DNA from: a virus
Lineage: Duplodnaviria > Caudoviricetes
IMG/VR virus record: IMGVR_UViG_3300036715_000947
Location: 1-63,115 of that record
Strand: one strand, 5' to 3'
DNA length: 63,115 nt
Under the pieces are notes generated by a model that saw nothing but the letters and a program-made list of their open reading frames with translations, did not search any database and was not told the DNA's origin. The position numbers and the translations under genes were made by a program. Below are positions 26,640-34,984 of this stretch, in pieces; within the stretch, counting starts at the first letter, position 1; each line of letters starts with the position of its first letter.

Positions 26640-27092
26640 CTAGGTGAGCGTGAACCAGCCAGCGGCGTTCTGCGTGAGCGTCACCGTGTTGCCCGCGGCG
26701 AAGGACACATCGGCGGGAGCGGAATCAAGAAGTCCGTAGCCGACCAGCGGATTCACCTTGCCGTTCAAGGTGCCATTCGCACGGAGGACATAGTAGCGGG
26801 CCGTGAAGCCAGAGCCGGAGCCGGTCCACGAAGGATTGTTGCCCGTCTTGAATGCCGCCGTGCCGGAAGTCTGATTGAACGTGGGAGAGGTGAGCGCGAA
26901 GCCGCCCGTGGTGTAGCCGTTTCCATTGGCTACTTCGTTCGTGAGGTCGGCGGAAACAGCCATCGTAAGCGCCGGGGTGAAAGACGAAGTGTGGAGTGTG
27001 ACCACGAACGAGCTGCCGTCCATGTCGAACGTCCCGTTCCCGATGTCGGCCTTGAACGAGTTGAAGAGCGTCAGTGCAGATGGGGCGGCCAT
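26640..27092 (-). CDS. putative virion structural protein
   Basis: 150 aa; EVANGNGYTTGG.AL, WTGSG..FTARY.VL; AAGGAG SD. Confidence 0.75.
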   Translation of the reverse strand: MAAPSALTLFNSFKADIGNGTFDMDGSSFVVTLHTSSFTPALTMAVSADLTNEVANGNGYTTGGFALTSPTFNQTSGTAAFKTGNNPSWTGSGSGFTARYYVLRANGTLNGKVNPLVGYGLLDSAPADVSFAAGNTVTLTQNAAGWFTLT

Positions 27093-27104
27093 GGTGTTCT
27101 CCTT

Positions 27105-27422
27105 TTAGGTGGAAGGTGTATTGCGAGGGTTGCGGTGACTGGCCCTAACAGAGTCAATGCCACCATGGTGTTCGTTGTTGATGTGGTTCCAGAAGTCTTC
27201 CTTCAACTCTTCAAAATTTCGCTGTGCGTGACCTGCATCGTTCTTGATGAGCAGGAGCGTTGACTGGATGCTTGCCAATTGTGCGAATATCTCCGCAAGC
27301 TGAACTGGGATGGATTTCTGGTCGGAGCCCACCACCCTATTCCAAACTAGCTGTACCACCAGCACACAGCCGCCTCCGACCAGGCCGGTGGTCACTGGAT
27401 TTGTGAAAGCATCACTCATCAC
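27105..27422 (-). CDS. small membrane protein with coiled coil
   Basis: N-terminal hydrophobic helix. Confidence 0.6.
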   Translation of the reverse strand: MMSDAFTNPVTTGLVGGGCVLVVQLVWNRVVGSDQKSIPVQLAEIFAQLASIQSTLLLIKNDAGHAQRNFEELKEDFWNHINNEHHGGIDSVRASHRNPRNTPST

Positions 27423-27718
27423 TTCCTCGCTCTCGTGGCTTCTCGTGAAGCAGCGCTTTCGTCATGGATGGAGGACTGTATGCTGTTGAGGATGGTGTCC
27501 TGGTGCTCTATCGCTGGAACGACGGCGGTCGCGGATTTGTCAAGATGCCTGAGCACTCGCCACATATCAAACACAAGCGCGAGCACAGCGATGGAAGCAC
27601 TGACGATAAAATACTGCACGACGGGTCCAATGAGCGTGTCGTGCAATACCCACGCACGCGAGCGAACGCATGGCAGTCTGTCCATCGCCCGCCTCAGTTG
27701 CGAACTTTCTGAGGTCAC
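27419..27718 (-). CDS. small membrane protein
   Basis: One strong TM segment; coupled to the portal stop. Confidence 0.55.
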   Translation of the reverse strand: MTSESSQLRRAMDRLPCVRSRAWVLHDTLIGPVVQYFIVSASIAVLALVFDMWRVLRHLDKSATAVVPAIEHQDTILNSIQSSIHDESAASREATRARK

Positions 27719-29622
27719 TTGTCACCTCCACCGGCGTCGGTATTCGCCTGTAGCTTTGCCGCAGCGTCTTCGTGCAGTTTGACGTAGGCGGCGTGTGTTT
27801 GGATGTAGGTTTTGAAAACATCGTTCAGTGCGTTGGTACTCGGGTCGTTCAGCGCCGCCGTGTGTGCGTCCAATGCACGCTGGTTCGCCGCCGCCGCCCT
27901 TTCGTGGCTTCGCTTAGTACCATCGCGCACTGCCTTGGCTGTGGCGTTTGCGGCCACGGCGGACGACTTTGTGGCTACGGCGTACGGCCCGTCCTCTGCG
28001 GCGTTGATGACGCCCGTGTGCTGGTTGCCGAAGAACTCGTCCGTGCCGATAGCTTCGTCACCAACTTTCTGCGCAGGCGCGGGCAGACTTGGAGACTTCG
28101 GCTCCGCCTTCCCGACACCAGACGGAGCAGCCTTCGGGGCAGGCGGCGTGATCTTCTTGCCTAGATCCAGATTGTCGTATCCAGAGTCGGGATTCTTGGC
28201 AATGCGTACGCGCTCTTCTTGTGCGTCGATGACACCTGCGTTGATAAGAGCCACGCCCGCCGTGACATCGGATGCGCGGATGGCTGCCTGCTGCTCGGAA
28301 TCGAGCGCGAAGAGTGACACGAACTCGAAATCAATGTCGTCATACACCTCGCCAAAGAGGTTCAACTGGATGACCTTGAGCAAGATTTCAAGATTGGGGC
28401 GGAAGAGCTTTTCCTGCTGGTCTGCGATGTAGTCGTAGTAGACGCGGATCTCGCCGTCGGAGTTGGCATTCAAGCCAGATGGCGTCACACCTAGCAGCAC
28501 CACAAGCGGCGTCTTTGCCACGGCGGCCATGTGCTCTTGCGCCTGTGCCTGAAGCTGGGACAGCCCGGTGATGGGTGTCGAGAATTGCGCAAAGTCCTCG
28601 TCCTTGTTGTCCAGGAGGAAGATGTTCTGGTTGTTCGCCAGTTGCGTGTAGAGCTTGGCCCTGGCCAACACCTCATCACCATCGCCACCTGACAGAACAT
28701 CTTGCATGTTGGTCTTGAGAATTTTGGTGGAGAAATTCTTGAGAAGTTTGCCTACGGAATCACGCGTGGAGAACCAGTAGTCAACATACGGCTGGGCCAA
28801 TTGGCTCATGCTCATGCCAGAGAAGTTGTAGGCTGGCTTGAGCATGTCCGGAACGGGACGTGACACGAAAGTGAGAAGCCGCGAAGAATGGACCTCCTGC
28901 CCATAGACGTACCACGAACTTGGTGTGTAGTAGTCGGCGGCCAGTGGATTGATGGAGTTGTAGTCCTTCGGGTACGTGGTAACGGGCTCGACCATCTTCA
29001 GATTGCGAAGTTTGCCTCGCCCGATTTTGAGTTTGTTGAGTACGAGCGGCTTGGCAAGCTCGGGGCCGCGATCTTCGCCCAGGTCAATGAAGATTTGCGC
29101 GCGCCCAAATTTTCCGTCCATCTCCGCGGCCTTGCGAAAAAGTTCTCGTAGGCGCAGGCGCTTCATTTCTGCGTCCAGCTTCTTGATCACGTCTGACCTG
29201 TCATCTTCGCCAGTGGAACGTAGCTTGATCCACTTGCGCGTCATCTCGGAGGCAGTCCTTTCGCTCATGTCGCGGTATTCGGTGTACTGGTCCAGCTCAC
29301 TCAAGTACGCAAAGCCTGGGAAGCCCATGCCCGTGAACGCCGCGGACAGCGATGCGTAGTTAGTCGCGCTATCCATGGCCAGCACATGCTTGGCGGGGCA
29401 CACATTCTTGGGCGGAGTGTACGGCACCACATCCCACTGCGTGCGCTTGGGCAGCTTGGGCTGGCCGGGATTGAACGCTGGCCCCATGGCGTTGGCCTTG
29501 GCACGCACCGCCTCTGAAATCTTGAACCTTCGTTCGTCCAATTCACGCTCTGCCAACGCCTCGGCCACGGCCTCAACTGGCTTCTTGAAGAATGAGAACT
29601 CGTGACCGAAGATTTTCATCAT
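27715..29622 (-). CDS. portal protein (DUF1073-like) with C-terminal extension
   Basis: F.GFAYLSEL.Q, EMTRKW, VHSSRLL, LKPAYNFSGMSMSQL, P.VVLLG.TPSGLNA; follows TerL. Confidence 0.9.
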   Translation of the reverse strand: MMKIFGHEFSFFKKPVEAVAEALAERELDERRFKISEAVRAKANAMGPAFNPGQPKLPKRTQWDVVPYTPPKNVCPAKHVLAMDSATNYASLSAAFTGMGFPGFAYLSELDQYTEYRDMSERTASEMTRKWIKLRSTGEDDRSDVIKKLDAEMKRLRLRELFRKAAEMDGKFGRAQIFIDLGEDRGPELAKPLVLNKLKIGRGKLRNLKMVEPVTTYPKDYNSINPLAADYYTPSSWYVYGQEVHSSRLLTFVSRPVPDMLKPAYNFSGMSMSQLAQPYVDYWFSTRDSVGKLLKNFSTKILKTNMQDVLSGGDGDEVLARAKLYTQLANNQNIFLLDNKDEDFAQFSTPITGLSQLQAQAQEHMAAVAKTPLVVLLGVTPSGLNANSDGEIRVYYDYIADQQEKLFRPNLEILLKVIQLNLFGEVYDDIDFEFVSLFALDSEQQAAIRASDVTAGVALINAGVIDAQEERVRIAKNPDSGYDNLDLGKKITPPAPKAAPSGVGKAEPKSPSLPAPAQKVGDEAIGTDEFFGNQHTGVINAAEDGPYAVATKSSAVAANATAKAVRDGTKRSHERAAAANQRALDAHTAALNDPSTNALNDVFKTYIQTHAAYVKLHEDAAAKLQANTDAGGGDK

Positions 29623-29634
29623 TGCTCCTGTGGT

Positions 29635-31977
29635 CTACCCGCCTACTGAGGCAAGAAGTGACTTGGAAATCTTGAGCGGTGCACGGCGCATGGTGACAAG
29701 CTCAAGCGCTCCCATGAACGCGTCCACATCATCGTCTTTCGCTGCGTTGGGGAAGATGGCACAGCTCTCGACGAAATCATGCGCCCACTTGGTGCCCTTC
29801 AGGATGCGCACCAGACCTGCCTCCTGGATAGGCGACACCACATTGGCACGAAGCACCTTGTCTGTGGAGTGCACCACCTCCACAAACGGGATGCGCGTGA
29901 GGCGCGATAACGCCTGTATGACCGCCTTGCCCGTGGCAGAGCCGCCACCTTCGATGCCCACCTGCGACGGTCGCCATTTGTCGTACAGTTGCTCGACCTT
30001 GCGCTCCAACTCAGGGAACTCGATCTTCTCGCAGAACAGATCGAGCATGACGTAGCCGTCCTTGGCTATGCCCATGGTGACGCAGGCCGCGTTGTCGTTG
30101 CTCTGCTTGCCGCCTGCCGCCGTGTCCCAGTACTGAATGATCTGCTCCAATTGGAAGAAGACTTTCAGCCTCTCCACCTCATCGCCACCAATGCGTACAT
30201 CGGCGGGTGGCCCAGAGACATATTTCCAATTGTCGCGCAAGAAGATGACACCCTCTGCGGCAGACGGCCTCTGCTGATAGAGACTGGCCCACACACGAGA
30301 GCCCGTGCCTACTTCGTCGATGTCACCAGACCCGTAGCGTATGCGGTTCAGCGCTTCGATGGGATAGCGTGCGGGGTGCAGCGCCTCACCTTTGCGGCGA
30401 TACTTTTCGTCCTCTTCCGCAATGGCCGGGTACTTGGCAACCTCCCATTTCTCGCCGCCCTTGCCCATGGCCGTGAGCAACCGACCAGCTAGATCGTCGG
30501 CGTGCCATCGAGTGTTGTGTGCCACCAAGCCGTTTGCGATGAAATTCTCTGTGCCCTCTACCTCAATATCGAAGACCTCTTGCTCACCAACGGGCTCGAT
30601 GGCGCAAATTTCATCTTCGGTGAAGTCGTAGATATTCGGCGGCAGCGCTGAGAATTCGTGAAGTCTTTCCGTAGCCAACTGCGAGGTTGCAGTCGTTGCA
30701 CAAGAGTCCTCGCGTCTTACCGGTTCGGTGGTCGTGGTCAACGCATAGCTTGGCGTCCCAATGAGCCCTTGTGTTTTGACTGGTAGGTGGCTTCCGGCAA
30801 ATGGCGCACTTTCCTCCCTGCTGTTTAAGAAGCGCGTCGAACTCTTCCGCAGTAATGCCGTAGCGATATTTGAGACGCGACGCCCTGCGCGATTCAGGAT
30901 TGACTGAAGGCGGTCGCACACCATTCGCCCAGCGGGTTTTGTTGTAGTGAGATTTGCAGAGTCCTTTGCAACTGACTGGCTCCGTACACCCATCGACAGA
31001 GCACTCAACTCCGCGCCAGTGGCCGTAACTGACACTAGCTTGTCGCCCACTTTGAGATTTCTTAGCCTTGTCCATACAAGCGCCTCGCTCCTGCGAACGA
31101 GGAAAGGGTGGCGTTCGTTCGCTTTCACAAGCCTACCTGAACTCGTTCTGATTTCATAGCAGAAATCAGAACCTTGGCTCTTCCAATGTTTTACGAACGA
31201 CGTTGACAGCGCACCCTTATTGAACGTTGCAATCTCATCGCCAGCACGAACATCAAGCATGGGCTTCTCTGTGCCATCGGCCATCAACACCGGAGTGTCG
31301 CCAGTGACACACATGATCAACAGAATGCCGCCTCCGGGCTCTGCGCGAGTCTTGAGTGTAGTCTCGTACCAGTCCCAAATACTTTGACGCGTAGTGACAG
31401 AGTACGCCTCCTGCGCGTCCTTAACAGGATCATCGATCATCAACACGCGTGCTCCACGGCCCGTGACGCCCGTTCCCACGCCCGCGCTCTTGTACGCACC
31501 CTTGTGGCCCACAATCTCGAACTGTTCAGAATTGCGCAAGAACGAGCCCTTGGACGTAACAGTGCGCACTGACGAACTGCTCAAGGTGGTGTCGGGGAAC
31601 AACTGCGCGTACTCTTCCTGATCAATAATCTTCTGCACGTCACGATTCATCATGGACGCGAGATCATTCGAGTAGCTGGTTGCGATGAACGTCAGGTCAG
31701 GGTAGCGCCCTAGCGCATACGCGGGAAACCGCCTGGACACCATCTCAGACTTGCCCGAGCGAGGCGGGGCCATGATCATCAAGCGCGGAGACTTGCGATC
31801 AATGACATCTTGAAGGAATTGGTCTAGCTTTGCCGCCAACTCGTAATGAAACCAGCCAGCGTTGTAGTCGCTCTTCGTCCAGAGGATGAACGCCAGTAGA
31901 TCGCGCTTCGCCTTGGCGCGTATGGCGTCAATCATGCTCAACTTTTCGGCGCGGCTTAGCGTCTCCAGTTCAAGCAC
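29635..31977 (-). CDS. terL: terminase large subunit precursor containing a 266-aa intein (spliced product about 514 aa)
   Basis: Walker A MAPPRSGKSE, Walker B LMIDDPVK, LIM|TRWH.DDL.GRLL, nuclease WDTA and DDDVDA. Confidence 0.95.
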   Translation of the reverse strand: MLELETLSRAEKLSMIDAIRAKAKRDLLAFILWTKSDYNAGWFHYELAAKLDQFLQDVIDRKSPRLMIMAPPRSGKSEMVSRRFPAYALGRYPDLTFIATSYSNDLASMMNRDVQKIIDQEEYAQLFPDTTLSSSSVRTVTSKGSFLRNSEQFEIVGHKGAYKSAGVGTGVTGRGARVLMIDDPVKDAQEAYSVTTRQSIWDWYETTLKTRAEPGGGILLIMCVTGDTPVLMADGTEKPMLDVRAGDEIATFNKGALSTSFVKHWKSQGSDFCYEIRTSSGRLVKANERHPFLVRRSEALVWTRLRNLKVGDKLVSVTATGAELSALSMGVRSQSVAKDSANLTTTKPAGRMVCDRLQSILNRAGRRVSNIATALLRKSSTRFLNSREESAPFAGSHLPVKTQGLIGTPSYALTTTTEPVRREDSCATTATSQLATERLHEFSALPPNIYDFTEDEICAIEPVGEQEVFDIEVEGTENFIANGLVAHNTRWHADDLAGRLLTAMGKGGEKWEVAKYPAIAEEDEKYRRKGEALHPARYPIEALNRIRYGSGDIDEVGTGSRVWASLYQQRPSAAEGVIFLRDNWKYVSGPPADVRIGGDEVERLKVFFQLEQIIQYWDTAAGGKQSNDNAACVTMGIAKDGYVMLDLFCEKIEFPELERKVEQLYDKWRPSQVGIEGGGSATGKAVIQALSRLTRIPFVEVVHSTDKVLRANVVSPIQEAGLVRILKGTKWAHDFVESCAIFPNAAKDDDVDAFMGALELVTMRRAPLKISKSLLASVGG
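30514..31311 (-). mobile_element. intein in terL
   Basis: Begins CVTGDTPVLMADG, block B ANERHPF, L.VGD, ends VFDIEVEGTENFIANGLVAHN; +1 residue Thr. Confidence 0.93.
30611..31075 (-). CDS. Endonuclease VII-type (His-Me finger) homing endonuclease nested out of frame inside the terL intein
   Basis: C..DGC...KGLC..HY zinc finger, LKYRYGIT.EEF..LL..Q.GKCAIC, LCVDHDH.TGK.RGLLC..CN.A.G; AGGAG/GAGG SD before ATG. Confidence 0.9.
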   Translation of the reverse strand: MDKAKKSQSGRQASVSYGHWRGVECSVDGCTEPVSCKGLCKSHYNKTRWANGVRPPSVNPESRRASRLKYRYGITAEEFDALLKQQGGKCAICRKPPTSQNTRAHWDAKLCVDHDHRTGKTRGLLCNDCNLAVGYGKTSRILSAAAEYLRLHRR

Positions 31978-31979
31978 GG

Positions 31980-32531
31980 CTACTCCCCATCGATTGGCGT
32001 AGGTTTCTTCAGTCCTTCAAGCCGTGAGTAGAGGAACGCATCGATTTCCTCGGTAGGCTTGCTGTCGAACGGATTCTTGCGTGGATCGACCACCTCAAGG
32101 CGCTCGGAGGCAATGCCGAGCAGGTGGTCCATGCGATCCATGATTGCAAGGAGCGTGGCGGCGCGTCGCGGGTCGTTGCGCCCAGCCCACTGCGCAAGCA
32201 ACATGTCGTTGAGCCGCTCAAGCTGAAGCTGACGATGGCTGCTGGCCTGCTCCTGAATGTGCGCGTAAACGCGGTCCATCTCACGACGCACGATGGCGGC
32301 GGCCTCTCTCTCCGAGCAGCCGAGCGAGTGCGCGATGCTGGCGTAGGAGGCCCCGCCCTTGCGCAGCAACATGACTTGGTAGACGCGCTTGGTGTACTCA
32401 GGATCGTGTGACCTGTGCTTGGAAGAGACGGTATCGGGAACGTCCGTGCGAAAATCCACGGGCACCTTCCTAGCGAGAACAGACTTGATCTTTCGCCTCG
32501 GAAGTATGTCTCTCTTTTTGACAGTGGCCAT
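31980..32531 (-). CDS. terS: putative terminase small subunit (HTH)
   Basis: LRKGGASYASIAHSLGCS helix-turn-helix; immediately upstream of terL. Confidence 0.7.
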   Translation of the reverse strand: MATVKKRDILPRRKIKSVLARKVPVDFRTDVPDTVSSKHRSHDPEYTKRVYQVMLLRKGGASYASIAHSLGCSEREAAAIVRREMDRVYAHIQEQASSHRQLQLERLNDMLLAQWAGRNDPRRAATLLAIMDRMDHLLGIASERLEVVDPRKNPFDSKPTEEIDAFLYSRLEGLKKPTPIDGE

Positions 32532-32563
32532 GTGCGATCCCAGCGTTGCGCGATTGGTTGGTG

Positions 32564-32833
32564 TTACTCAGCAGGCGAGAAGTCGACGTACATCTTGTCG
32601 CCCTGTTTGAACTTTCCCCACAGAGCGGGATTGTTGACGAGCAACGTGATGCTGCCACTCGGCGTCCACATTGCGAAAGAATTGTCTTCGTCGCTGCCGT
32701 CTTGCGGGTAGGCGCCGTTCTTGCACACAGGCGCCATGGTCAGCGTCTCACCGCACTTGTCCATATTTGTGTGGTCAGCGAAATGTTCCTGCACTCCGTT
32801 GACCATGACCTTTGCTCTCATCTGTGCGCTCAT
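32564..32833 (-). CDS. conserved hypothetical protein
   Basis: MRAK..V, EDNSFA.WTPSG.I.L.V.NP, YVDFSPA. Confidence 0.75.
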   Translation of the reverse strand: MSAQMRAKVMVNGVQEHFADHTNMDKCGETLTMAPVCKNGAYPQDGSDEDNSFAMWTPSGSITLLVNNPALWGKFKQGDKMYVDFSPAE

Positions 32834-32945
32834 CTCTGTTTCCTATAGAAAGGCCCTGGCGGGCGTTGTGCTTTGTGTGGTTGTACGCGTGACTCCGGCA
32901 CGCCTATTTGTTCAATCGCCCGCCAGGACGAGGGTGGTGCGTGTC

Positions 32946-33140
32946 CTACTTGCCCTTCTTGCCGCCCTTCTTCTTGGGGCCGCCGGGGAGGAAGCCAGTG
33001 TTCGCAGAGGCGCCAGGGAAGCCCGAACCCGTCTTGCTCGACGTGAAGGTGAAGTTGCCGGGCGCAACGCGCCCGACCTTCGTTGCCTTGGGACGACCGA
33101 CAGTCGCCTTGGCCGCGCCCTTGCCAGCAGAATTGCCCAT
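32946..33140 (-). CDS. small basic Gly/Lys-rich protein, paralog 2
   Basis: 64 aa; AAGGAG SD; MGNSAGKGAAKATVGRPKAT start. Confidence 0.8.
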   Translation of the reverse strand: MGNSAGKGAAKATVGRPKATKVGRVAPGNFTFTSSKTGSGFPGASANTGFLPGGPKKKGGKKGK

Positions 33141-33217
33141 GGTGTTTCTCCTTGTTTTTTGCGCCGGTGTGGGGCGCGTGGTTGAACTGGCGTACCAGTC
33201 CGGGTTAAAGGAACCTA

Positions 33218-33376
33218 CTACTTGCCTTTCTTGTTGCGGCCCGTCTTCACGGTCTTCGTGCGGCCAGCGGTGCCGGTGATGCCTGTGACGTTCTGTCGGC
33301 TCACACGCCCGACCGTGGTCGCCTTGGGACGGCCCACAGTCGCCTTTGCCGCGCCCTTGCCAGCAGAATTGCCCAT
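33218..33376 (-). CDS. small basic Gly/Lys-rich protein, paralog 1 (52 aa, absent from the ORF track)
   Basis: MGNSAGKGAAKATVGRPKATTVGRVSRQNVTGITGTAGRTKTVKTGRNKKGK; AGGAGG SD. Confidence 0.8.
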   Translation of the reverse strand: MGNSAGKGAAKATVGRPKATTVGRVSRQNVTGITGTAGRTKTVKTGRNKKGK

Positions 33377-33429
33377 CTTGCCCTCCTACGTCTTTGCGCC
33401 GGTAGGCGCGGGTTAAAGGAATGCAGCGA

Positions 33430-34809
33430 TCATTTCTCGGACCCTTTGAGCCGAGCCATGTTCGCGGCCTTTTTCGCTGCCTTCATCTTCTGCCCGTTGA
33501 TGAACCACGCATCAGAGAACGGAATGCAGCGGATGTACTTCGGCCCCTTGGGTAGATGGGGCACGGTGAGATCGAAAGTCTTCTCCGTGGAGTAGACCAT
33601 GATCTGGTCGATCTTGGAGTGCGAGAGGTAGTGATCGACAGCATCGCGTCGTGCTTGCACGTGCTGTTTCGAGTTGCCGTCAGACCTGAACTGCACACTA
33701 GCGACGGGAATGTGCTTGGGCAGGCCGTGGGTGACGAACTCGAAGCACTCGGGGAAGAACGAGAACGCGATGCTAGGAATGATCGGAATACCGGCCTCCT
33801 GCCAGTAGCGCGAAATCCAGCGAGCGCGATAGAGGTTGTAGAGCTGCACCGCAAGCGGGTCAGTGCCCCATAGAGAGAAGTCCGGCTGACACGCGGCCAG
33901 CGGCTTCAGCGGAACGATGGTGCGAATGGTGTCCACGCTCTCTGACCAGATTTTCTCGAAGCGCCAATCGTCCGTGTAGAACGCGAAGATCTTGCCCGTG
34001 ACGCGCTCGTCCATGCCGCCTTCGCCGAAGATGTAGAGCTGTGGGTCCTTCTTGTCCTTTTCGTCGTACGGCCACGTTGAGGTGGGGACAGGGCCCGAAT
34101 AGAGCATGTCTGGGTTGAGGTCAGGGATGCCCCACTTCGACGTGCTGGGAAAGAACACCTCCGTCGTGTACTCGAGGATCTTCGTGCTGGTCTCCAGCGT
34201 GCCACCATCGAATGGAGAGTCTTTCAGTTCCGTCTGCCTCGTGAGCTTTTCCAGCGTGTCTTTCATCTCTTCATCAGCGCTAGATAGCGTCTTCAGAAGT
34301 TCGCCGAACATCGCGTCATCGCGCGTTGCCATCTCCGTGATCGGATCGAGGAGCGCCAGCGCTTTGTTCTCTTCCTCCGGCGACAGATCCACGTACTCGA
34401 CCGGAACAGTGCGTTCCTTGCGCCGGATCGCTTCCTCGTAGCGTGCGTGGCCGTCGAGGATAGTTCCCGTCCGCTTCGAGACGAGAATGGACTTCACCCA
34501 GCCGAGATCGTTCAGCGAACCACTGAGCGCGGCAACCTGGGCAGCCCCATGCTTCCTGTAGTTCATCTTGTGCGGGTGGATGTGGCCAAGCGGCACATCT
34601 GCGTGGCCGACGATGCGTGAGCGCAACGTTTTCCCGAGTCGCTTCGCTTCCTTCTCACGCTGCTTCGCCGTTTCCGTGGCGTCGTGCCCAACGACACTGC
34701 TCGCGTTCTCGCGGACTTTCTCTCCTGTCTTCTTGTGCTTCTTTTTGGGCAGAGGCGGTGTCGGGTCTTTTTCGCTCCCTTTTTTCCCGGCCTTCACCGC
34801 TACGCCCAT
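33430..34809 (-). CDS. ParB-like N-terminal domain fused to a DUF4417-like domain (alternative start 34833)
   Basis: HKMNYRKH...LGWVKSILV...ILDGHAR (ParB/Srx); FYTDDWRFE.IW, PDFSLW, YNLYRARW..RYWQ..GI.IIPS. Confidence 0.8.
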   Translation of the reverse strand: MGVAVKAGKKGSEKDPTPPLPKKKHKKTGEKVRENASSVVGHDATETAKQREKEAKRLGKTLRSRIVGHADVPLGHIHPHKMNYRKHGAAQVAALSGSLNDLGWVKSILVSKRTGTILDGHARYEEAIRRKERTVPVEYVDLSPEEENKALALLDPITEMATRDDAMFGELLKTLSSADEEMKDTLEKLTRQTELKDSPFDGGTLETSTKILEYTTEVFFPSTSKWGIPDLNPDMLYSGPVPTSTWPYDEKDKKDPQLYIFGEGGMDERVTGKIFAFYTDDWRFEKIWSESVDTIRTIVPLKPLAACQPDFSLWGTDPLAVQLYNLYRARWISRYWQEAGIPIIPSIAFSFFPECFEFVTHGLPKHIPVASVQFRSDGNSKQHVQARRDAVDHYLSHSKIDQIMVYSTEKTFDLTVPHLPKGPKYIRCIPFSDAWFINGQKMKAAKKAANMARLKGSEK

Positions 34810-34984
34810 GTCGCTCCTCCAATGCCCCGCCATCGCTCCTGGTACAGCCTAGAACCCACGGAGCCGGTGTCAAGCCTACCTTGTGGCTATGGAGTGCCTC
34901 CCGGCGTTTTTAGCGCCATTTGCGGCGCAAATGGCGTCGGCTATTCAGTTCCGAGCCGGTCCGCCGGAGTCACAATGACTATCT

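Noticed and set aside
19325-29622. Head module paired with a lambda-like tail as a novel chimera
   Set aside because: This combination of head families with M-L-K-I-J tails is known from T1-like siphoviruses
27715-29622. Anti-CBASS Acb1 call sometimes attached to DUF1073 proteins
   Set aside because: Position and motifs indicate the portal; no paired HxT phosphoesterase motifs seen
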